Shown: in pieces, positions 17,234 through 23,966 of the stretch
Layout: every line of letters starts with the position of its first letter
Position numbering within the stretch: position 1 is the stretch's first letter
Assembly (NCBI GenBank): GCA_035689165.1
Contig: DASSLZ010000246.1
Coordinates: forward strand, 1-31,645
DNA length: 31,645 nt
Direction: 5' to 3'
Origin: Candidatus Eiseniibacteriota bacterium
GTDB taxonomy: Bacteria > Eisenbacteria > RBG-16-71-46 > SZUA-252
Position numbers and translations under genes: made by a program
The notes under the pieces: generated by a model
Seen by the model: the letters and a program-made list of their open reading frames with translations, nothing else
What the model was told of the DNA's origin: nothing
Database searches by the model: none

Positions 17234-18025
17234 ATGATCCTGATCGTGGGCGCCCACCCGGGCGACGAGTCGGCCGGCGCCTCGTCCGTTCTCTTTTCTC
17301 CCGACGACGTCTCGGTCCTCCACGCGACCGACGGCGCGCCGCGCGACCCCGCCGAGGCGCGAGCCAACGGGTTCGAGACCCGTGAAGCCTATGCGGCGGC
17401 GCGCGAGGCCGAGGCGCGGGCGGCGCTCGCGTTCGCGGGGATCCCGCCTTCGCGCCGCGTGACGCTGGGACAGATCGGGCGGGAAGCTTCCCTTCACCTC
17501 GCGGCGCTGACGCGGGCGGTCCTGGCGACGATCGAGCGGCTGCGCCCCGAAGTCCTTCTCACGCACGCCTACGAGGGGGGGCACCCGGACCACGACGCCG
17601 TCGCGTTCGCCACGCATGCCGCCGTGGCGCTGCGGCGCGCCTCCGGCTCGCCGGTCCCAGCCCTCTCGGAGATGGCCTCCTATCATCGGGGCCCCGGCGG
17701 AGGCTTCGAGTCGGGGGTCTTCCTGGGCGGTGCCGCGCCCGAAGACATCGTGCGCCGGCTGGACGCCGCCGCGCGCGCCCGCAAGTTGCAGCTCCTCGCG
17801 CGCTATCGAACTCAGTGGAGCTTCCTGCGACGGTTCCGCGTCGAGGAGGAGCGCTTCCGTCCCGCCCCTTTCTACGATTTCACGCGGCCGCCGCACGCCG
17901 GCCGCCTCTGGTACGAGCCCTTTCCCTGGGGCATGAGCGCGGCGCGGTTCGGAGATCTGGTGCGCTACGCGCTGCTGGAGCTGGGGCTCCGCCAGGCGGC
18001 CGAGCCCGTATCCAGCACGTCGTGA
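17234..18025 (+). CDS. PIG-L family deacetylase-like protein with atypical HPGDE motif
   Basis: VGAHPGDE, HATDGAP, REAEA and YEGGHPDHDA; C-terminal FTRPPHAGRLWYE. Confidence 0.85.
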   Translation: MILIVGAHPGDESAGASSVLFSPDDVSVLHATDGAPRDPAEARANGFETREAYAAAREAEARAALAFAGIPPSRRVTLGQIGREASLHLAALTRAVLATIERLRPEVLLTHAYEGGHPDHDAVAFATHAAVALRRASGSPVPALSEMASYHRGPGGGFESGVFLGGAAPEDIVRRLDAAARARKLQLLARYRTQWSFLRRFRVEEERFRPAPFYDFTRPPHAGRLWYEPFPWGMSAARFGDLVRYALLELGLRQAAEPVSSTS

Positions 18026-18029
18026 TTCG

Positions 18030-19808
18030 TCATCGCGCGGCACCCGCCGGATCGGCGACGAGGCAGCGAGTCAGCTGAGCGCGCCAGCGCTCTCGCGCGA
18101 GCTCGAGACGCGCGCGCTCGGGCGCACCCCGTTCCACCTCCGCGAAGAACGCGGTCTGGCCGGCGCGGTGCGCGGCGAATGCGGTGCGGTAGGCGTGAAG
18201 CGTGGCGGGCGCCGGCGGCGGTCCACCGGCATCGCCGTAGCCGCGGAGCATCGCCTCGGCCTGCGCCCCATGTAGATCCCATTCCTCCAGCGCTCCGGCG
18301 AGATCCCAGATCACCGGCTGCGGCCCCGTCCAGGTGTGGTCCACGTCGTGTCCGCCGACGTCGGTCTTCACGATGGCCCCCGACCGGGAGCGGATCCACT
18401 CATGGGGCGCCAGATGGCCGTCGCCGGCTCCGGGCGCGCTTGGCTCGTCGCGGCCCTTCCGAAACTCGGCCTCGGCCGCGCGGACCGCCTCGTTGCCGAG
18501 GATCTCCCCGGCGTTGGCGCGCAGCATTGCCGCCGTCCGCTCGCGCGCTTCGTGGGAGGCTTCGGGGGAAAGCGGCGGAAGGGCCGCCCGCGCGATGTAG
18601 GCGCCCATCCGGACCAGGAAGGGGAGCGAGGCGTCCTGGATGCCGAGAGGACGGCCGTCCACCCACTCCCAGGCCACGAAGCCGTGCATCTCGCCGAGCA
18701 GGCGCGGAGCGAACCCGAGCGCCGCGAGGGGAGCGGACCGCCGCGCGATCTGAGCCGCCAGCGTGCGCTCCATCCCCGGGGCGGTCGCGTGCCCGCAGAA
18801 CTTGAAGAGCACGCGGCCCCCGTCCTGCGAGGCGCAGAGAAGCTTGGGGCGCTCGAGCGGGCGCAGCACCGCGGGCCACGCCCGCTCCCCGCCGTAATGG
18901 GCTGCGCGCCACATGCCGCCGCCCACCTCGGTGACGCGGACGAGATCGCCGAAGGCCGTTCGCACTCCGGTCCAGAGCTCCTCGGCCAGTGTCCGCTCGC
19001 CGAACCGCTGCGGCGAATCCATCGCCGGGTAGGAGCGGAAGGATCGCCAGCGGGAGCGCGCCTCCGCCGGCGCGCCTCCCGGGCCGTTGCCATGCGCCGG
19101 GAAGAGGGCGATATCATCGATGCCGGTCCGCCGCATGGCCTCGGCGGCCGCGAGCATCGAGGAGCCGGACAGGCCGGGACCCTCGTCCACGACGATCCCG
19201 AAGGGCGCCCCGGGTAGCGGGACTTCCAGACGGCGCTCGAGGGGCTGGCCCGACGGGCGCACGGTGATCCGCTTGGCGCGGAATCCACGCGCCCTCAGCG
19301 TGGCCATGACGACCGCCGACAGCGTCGTCCCGATGGTTCGGATCCCAACCACGAGAACGCGCCGGTCGGGAGCGTTCTCGTGCTCGAGCGCCCAGCGGAG
19401 CGCCTGGTCCCGATAGGACTGCGGCATGAGGCCATAGAACGCGAAACCCTCGGGCACCTTCACGTCGACGGTGCCGCAGCGCCTGCGCAGCGGGGCGAGC
19501 GCGCGGCAGGAGGCGCCGACCGCCCGCGCCGCCTCCCCGGGCGTACCCGAGAAGGAGCGGTCGAAGGCCGTCGCGGCCAGGGTCGTGACACGGCGAGCGG
19601 CGGCCAGGTCGCGCGATCGAGCGCGTAGCGTTCCGACCTCCTCGGAGTCATCGAAGAGGGCCTGCTCGAGCTCGCCCGCGCGCTCGACCAGTCCGCGCAC
19701 GCGCGCCGGCCGGAGGTCCGCGGTTTGGGCCTGCTCGAGCATGAGGTTCAGCGTTTCGACGCAGCGCTCGAGCGGCTCCCGGCGCGAGGGATCTCCGTAG
19801 ACGATCAT
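18030..19808 (-). CDS. Hypothetical 592-aa protein with a PRTase-like central domain and a kinase/phosphotransferase-like C-terminal domain
   Basis: Starts MIVYGD with an ATGA overlap with the phosphatase stop. Motifs PEGFAFYGL, VVGIRTIGTTLS, IVVDEGPGLSGSS, DGHLAPHEW, KTD and WDLAGA. The domain labels are inferred from motif resemblance. Confidence 0.75.
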   Translation of the reverse strand: MIVYGDPSRREPLERCVETLNLMLEQAQTADLRPARVRGLVERAGELEQALFDDSEEVGTLRARSRDLAAARRVTTLAATAFDRSFSGTPGEAARAVGASCRALAPLRRRCGTVDVKVPEGFAFYGLMPQSYRDQALRWALEHENAPDRRVLVVGIRTIGTTLSAVVMATLRARGFRAKRITVRPSGQPLERRLEVPLPGAPFGIVVDEGPGLSGSSMLAAAEAMRRTGIDDIALFPAHGNGPGGAPAEARSRWRSFRSYPAMDSPQRFGERTLAEELWTGVRTAFGDLVRVTEVGGGMWRAAHYGGERAWPAVLRPLERPKLLCASQDGGRVLFKFCGHATAPGMERTLAAQIARRSAPLAALGFAPRLLGEMHGFVAWEWVDGRPLGIQDASLPFLVRMGAYIARAALPPLSPEASHEARERTAAMLRANAGEILGNEAVRAAEAEFRKGRDEPSAPGAGDGHLAPHEWIRSRSGAIVKTDVGGHDVDHTWTGPQPVIWDLAGALEEWDLHGAQAEAMLRGYGDAGGPPPAPATLHAYRTAFAAHRAGQTAFFAEVERGAPERARLELARERWRAQLTRCLVADPAGAAR

Positions 19809-20356
19809 CGCGCGACTTCCGGCGCCGCCGGCGCGGCGCTTCCGTTGAGCGAAGCCGGGTTCTCGAGTGTCTCGAAAACCGGAGGCGCGTCGTTCAGACG
19901 GACCAAGGTGGCTCCGTCCGCGGCCAGAACGGCGCCGTCGCTGTGGCGCTCGCGCTGGCGCTCGAGCGCGGCCACCGCCCGCACCTGCGTCTGGAGCATC
20001 GTCTCGCCGCCGGGAACGGGGGTCACGCTGCGGCACGTGTTGAACGCCCGCCAGGCGGGAACCGCCTCGAGCTCTTCGAAGGAGCGCCCGGTCCACTCGC
20101 CGAAGGACATCTCGCCCAGCGCGGGTTCGATCTCGGGCGCCAGCCCAAGCGCCGTCGCGATCGGGCCGGCGGTCTCGAGGCTCCTTTCGAGCGGACTCGT
20201 GACGAGGGCGTCCACGGGCACCGACTGGAATCGCTCGCGGAGCCAGTCGGCTTCGCGGCGGCCGCGCGCGTTCAGGTGCACCCCGGGCATGCGGCCCGCG
20301 AGAACGCGGCCGAGCAGGTCGTGCGAGGCATGGCGAACGAGGTAGAAGCGGGTCAT
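19805..20356 (-). CDS. Histidine phosphatase (PGAM-like) family protein, apparently with an internal deletion
   Basis: LVRHA, SPLERSLETA, GEMSFGEWTG and PGGETM are present, but the later SH motif region is absent. Confidence 0.8.
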   Translation of the reverse strand: MTRFYLVRHASHDLLGRVLAGRMPGVHLNARGRREADWLRERFQSVPVDALVTSPLERSLETAGPIATALGLAPEIEPALGEMSFGEWTGRSFEELEAVPAWRAFNTCRSVTPVPGGETMLQTQVRAVAALERQRERHSDGAVLAADGATLVRLNDAPPVFETLENPASLNGSAAPAAPEVAR

Positions 20357-20368
20357 CCGGCGGGGTGC

Positions 20369-20384
20369 AGCATCGGACGTGCCC
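20369..20384 (-). promoter_or_regulatory. Putative sigma54 promoter of the phosphatase-hypothetical unit
   Basis: Minus strand reads GGGCACGTCCGATGCT; the -12 C is 14 nt before ATG 20356. Confidence 0.55.
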
Positions 20385-20573
20385 CGATCGAGGCACCCCG
20401 TAAGTCATAACTTCACAAGCACATAGGTTTTGGGAGGGCGGGTCGCCCGCGGGCAATTCTACAAGGTCGTGAAAAGCGTTCTCATTGAACCGCCCAGCCC
20501 TGCCGACCGTCTATACTAGTACGGCGCCACCGCGCCGTCCCGCGTCCTAAATCCCGATTTTCGAGGTGGTTCC

Positions 20574-21545
20574 ATGGCTCTTCGCAGACGATCGTTCCAT
20601 GCACTTTATCTCTCGTTGCTCCTGGCCGCCGTGGCTGTTTTCGGCTTCGTCGCTGCCGGCCGGGCCAACAGCGGCTTGCCGGCATCGTCCAGGATGCTTG
20701 CATCCCTGCCTGGAACCGACCCCACCGACGCGGCTCAGCCCGCGGTTATGGGGCCGGCCGAGACGCGAACCGTTCCCGCATCCTGGCTCGGCCATTCGGG
20801 CCGGCTCCGCGCGGTCATCGACACGCCGGTCTCGTTGGAGTCGCAGCTGATCGCCGATTCGATCCAGGCCGCGAACCTGACGCCCGGACTGCACGATCTC
20901 GGCATCGTCACGCCGGACGGCGACGCCTTCTACGTGGTGTCGCTGCTGCCCTACGCAACCAAGGAAGGGAAGCGCCTGAACGGCTATTACGTCGGGGACT
21001 GGCCGCAGGGGGCCCCGACGGGGCGCTACGCGCCGCCCGCCGGGTTCATCGAGGTGACGCCCGAGAACGAAGCGACGCCCGTCTCGCAGAGCTTCAAGCT
21101 TCAAGACTTCCTCACCCACGACCAGCAGGGTGTGTGGCCCAAGGTCCTGGTGCTGAAGCCGAAGCTGGTCGACAAGCTCGAGCTGATTTCGGCGGCTCTG
21201 GCGGAGCGCGGACTGCCCAGCCATCTCCACGTGATGTCGGGATTCCGGACGCCGCAGTACAACGAGCAGGGTGTGGGGCCCAAGGGCGGCCGCGCCAGCT
21301 TGAGCCGGCACATGTACGGCGACGCCTCGGACGTGTTCGTGGATGAGAACGGCGACGGGATGATGGACGACCTGAATGGAGACGGAAGGACGACGGTCGC
21401 GGACGCCCGGGTTCTCTTCCAGGTGGCCGAGAGCGTCGAAGCGGCCCACCCCGACCTGATCGGGGGACTCTCGCCCTATCCTTCCAACGGCGTCCACGGA
21501 CCCTTCGTGCACGTGGACACGCGAGGCTTCAAGGCGCGCTGGTAG
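20574..21545 (+). CDS. Exported peptidase M15A / YcbK-like zinc metallopeptidase
   Basis: SGFRTPQYN, SRHMYGDASD (H-x6-D) and FVHVD; signal peptide with RRSF; SD GAGGT; TATACT at 20512-20517. Confidence 0.85.
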   Translation: MALRRRSFHALYLSLLLAAVAVFGFVAAGRANSGLPASSRMLASLPGTDPTDAAQPAVMGPAETRTVPASWLGHSGRLRAVIDTPVSLESQLIADSIQAANLTPGLHDLGIVTPDGDAFYVVSLLPYATKEGKRLNGYYVGDWPQGAPTGRYAPPAGFIEVTPENEATPVSQSFKLQDFLTHDQQGVWPKVLVLKPKLVDKLELISAALAERGLPSHLHVMSGFRTPQYNEQGVGPKGGRASLSRHMYGDASDVFVDENGDGMMDDLNGDGRTTVADARVLFQVAESVEAAHPDLIGGLSPYPSNGVHGPFVHVDTRGFKARW

Positions 21546-21593
21546 TCTTCAAGCGCGTTCCTCTCCGGCCGTACGACTTCCCGGCGCGGGGGC

Positions 21594-22682
21594 TCAGGCC
21601 CTCGCGCCGCTCAGTTCCGGAAGCGCTTCCTCGATCACGGCAGCGGTGAGCCGCGTCCAGTCGGGCGCGCCCACGCCGCCGTTCTTCGTTTTCTCGTCGG
21701 CGGCCAGGCGCAGCAGGGCCGAGGACGTGTAGGCGGCCAGGCGGTTCGGCCGGAGCACGCCGCCGCCGAGATATCCGGCGCGCAGCGCCTCGGCCCGGGC
21801 CGGCGCCATCTTCGTCCCTCCGCCTCGCTTCAGATCCGAGAGCATCATGTGCGCGATCAGCGTGCCCAGGTCGAGCTCCGGCTCCGCGAACGACGCGTCG
21901 TCGAGGTCCACCACCGAGATCCCGTCGGAGCCGAAGATGACGTGCGTGGGGCGAAGCTGCCGGTGAACCATCGAGGGGCTGCGCGACACGCCCCCATCGT
22001 CGGCCAGCTCGGCCTTCAGCACGCCGGCTCCGTCGCGCAGCCGGTCAGCGGCGCGCGCGTCGATCCCGGACTGCCGGAGCCGCGTCACGACGTCGTCCAG
22101 GTTCTGCGCTTCCGACGCCGCATCCCATCGCCCGAACGAAGGGCGCTCGGTGCTGCGGGCCGAGGGTCCCGGCGAACGGATCGCGTGAAACGAAGCCAGG
22201 GCGCGGCCGAGCCGCTTCAGGCTGGCGGCGACGCGGCTCTCGATCGGATCTTCGAGCACGCCCGCGAGCGGACGCCCGTCCATGGTGGTCTGGAGCAGAA
22301 GCTTGTGCTCGCGCGCGTATCCCAGCGGCGTGGGAACCCGGATCTCGGGCGCGGCGGCGGCGCGGAGGAAACGGAGGACCGGAAGCATCCGGTCGCCCTC
22401 GCCGGAGCGATACTGCAGGCCATGCCACGTGACGTCGGAGAAGGGAGAGCCCGCGCGCCGCGCGCTCACGCGGAAGCGGAGCGTCCGGCGGTTGTCGGGC
22501 CGCTCGCTCAACACGTCGACCGAACGGACCTCCTGAACGGTCCAGCCGGAGTCGGAAATCGCGTTCTGGAGAATCCGCGCCGCGCGGCTCGGATCGAGGA
22601 TGGGATCTCCGTGTCTCGTGTCCATCGGAGGCGACGCCGGCTCGCGCGAAGCGAAACCGCTGCTGCTGCTGATGTGGCTCAT
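21594..22682 (-). CDS. Aminoglycoside-phosphotransferase-like protein with degenerate catalytic loop
   Basis: IRVPTPLGY, VHRQLRPTHV, VVDLDDA and PELDLG. ATG 22682 has SD GGAG. The ORF-track GTG at 22763 directly abuts the promoter motif. Confidence 0.7.
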   Translation of the reverse strand: MSHISSSSGFASREPASPPMDTRHGDPILDPSRAARILQNAISDSGWTVQEVRSVDVLSERPDNRRTLRFRVSARRAGSPFSDVTWHGLQYRSGEGDRMLPVLRFLRAAAAPEIRVPTPLGYAREHKLLLQTTMDGRPLAGVLEDPIESRVAASLKRLGRALASFHAIRSPGPSARSTERPSFGRWDAASEAQNLDDVVTRLRQSGIDARAADRLRDGAGVLKAELADDGGVSRSPSMVHRQLRPTHVIFGSDGISVVDLDDASFAEPELDLGTLIAHMMLSDLKRGGGTKMAPARAEALRAGYLGGGVLRPNRLAAYTSSALLRLAADEKTKNGGVGAPDWTRLTAAVIEEALPELSGARA

Positions 22683-22763
22683 GGTGGCTCCGATCTGTCG
22701 AGCCCGGGTCGCGGGCGTCGGTCTTGGTGCGAGAAGAGCGAATGGGACTCGGAAGAGTGTCAC

Positions 22764-22779
22764 AGCAATGCCCGTGCCA
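22764..22779 (-). promoter_or_regulatory. Consensus sigma54 promoter of the APH-like gene
   Basis: Minus strand reads TGGCACGGGCATTGCT, an exact match to TGGCACG-N4-TTGCW. Confidence 0.75.
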
Positions 22780-23098
22780 TGATGTGTGGGTCCCCCATCC
22801 TTCGCATTGGCCTACGCTTCCGCCGCGCCCGCATCGTTTCGCGCGATCGCGGCTCCTCCGCCTTTTCTACAACTCTCCACGCGAACTGTCCCCGATCGAA
22901 CACTCGCGCGATGCGTCTCGTCATGAACCAGGCATTTCGAATTCATCAGGAGATCCGTCGGGAGAATCAGGCAGAGGTGGCGGAGGCAAGGATTCTAGAG
23001 GGAGTCGCTGCCGCGCGGACCGGACCCGCGGGGCGTCCCGTCGCGACCCGGACAGTCGCCCCGGCGCCCGCGGGCCGGCCGCGCGAACGCGACGCTTC

Positions 23099-23737
23099 TC
23101 ACCGAAGCATCGCGTATTCGGGCATCTCGCGTTCCAGCTCGTCGACGCGCGCCGCGCGCACGCGCGCCGCGATCCGTCCCGCGCCGTAGGCCACGGCGGT
23201 GGCGCCGAGGACTCCGGCGAGGAGTTGGAGCCCGGCGGGCATCGCCGGGACCGGATCGAAGACGCGATGGCGTCGGGAACCACGGAACTCGGAGACCTCG
23301 TCTTCGGCATCGTGCGGCTCTAGCCGGTTCAGCACCTCGCGCACGCCGCGAACGGAGGAGACCGCGCCGATCAGCGATTCCGCCTCTCCGCGCAGGATCG
23401 GTCCGTTCAGGACCACCGATCCGTCTCGCGCCTCCACGGACACCGCCCCCGGGTGCGTGACGTACCGGCACAGCTTGGCGCGCACGCGCTCGACGATCGC
23501 GTCATCCGGGCCCGATGGCGCGGCCGCGGCGGCTCGCGCGACGAGACCGCCGGCCCGGTTCCCCCGATTCTGAAGATCGTGCACCGCGTCATCGAGGAAT
23601 GCGCGGCTGTCCCCGAGCGCACCCGTGATCTGGTCGCGAATTCGCGCGCGGCGCGTCCGGCCCCGCGAGGGATCGAGGAGGTACATGAGCCCCGCGCCCA
23701 GCACGAGGCCGCGATAGAAGTTTGGTGACCGGACCAT
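23099..23737 (-). CDS. BON-domain protein with N-terminal YtxH-like anchor
   Basis: GLVLGAGLMYLLDPSRGRTRRA; BON domain DDAIVERVRAKL...VSVEARDGSVVLNG...SVRGVREVLNRL; SD GGGAGG. Confidence 0.85.
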   Translation of the reverse strand: MVRSPNFYRGLVLGAGLMYLLDPSRGRTRRARIRDQITGALGDSRAFLDDAVHDLQNRGNRAGGLVARAAAAAPSGPDDAIVERVRAKLCRYVTHPGAVSVEARDGSVVLNGPILRGEAESLIGAVSSVRGVREVLNRLEPHDAEDEVSEFRGSRRHRVFDPVPAMPAGLQLLAGVLGATAVAYGAGRIAARVRAARVDELEREMPEYAMLR

Positions 23738-23781
23738 GGATGCTCCCTCCCGTGGCGCACAACCGCGCTATACTTCGGCGC

Positions 23782-23797
23782 AGCAACAGGCATGCCG
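23782..23797 (-). promoter_or_regulatory. Putative sigma54 promoter of the BON gene
   Basis: Minus strand reads CGGCATGCCTGTTGCT (YGGCAYG-N4-TTGCW), 44 nt before ATG 23737. Confidence 0.7.
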
Positions 23798-23966
23798 CGT
23801 CTTCCGACTCGAGGAGTCGCGGGGCGGCGCCTCGGCTTACACCCGCCGCGGTTTCACCACGGCGCGTGCTTTCTTGTAACATTGGCCTGCAACTTTCGGC
23901 CCGCAGCGAGGGCGTCGCATCGGCGCGGAGGTCCCGCTTGATTCGAATGACGGTGAAGGAGCGAAG

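Noticed and set aside
23882-23897. TGGCCTGCAACTTTC as a sigma54 site for the IMPDH-like gene
   Set aside because: It lacks the invariant -13 G (TTTC instead of TTGC).
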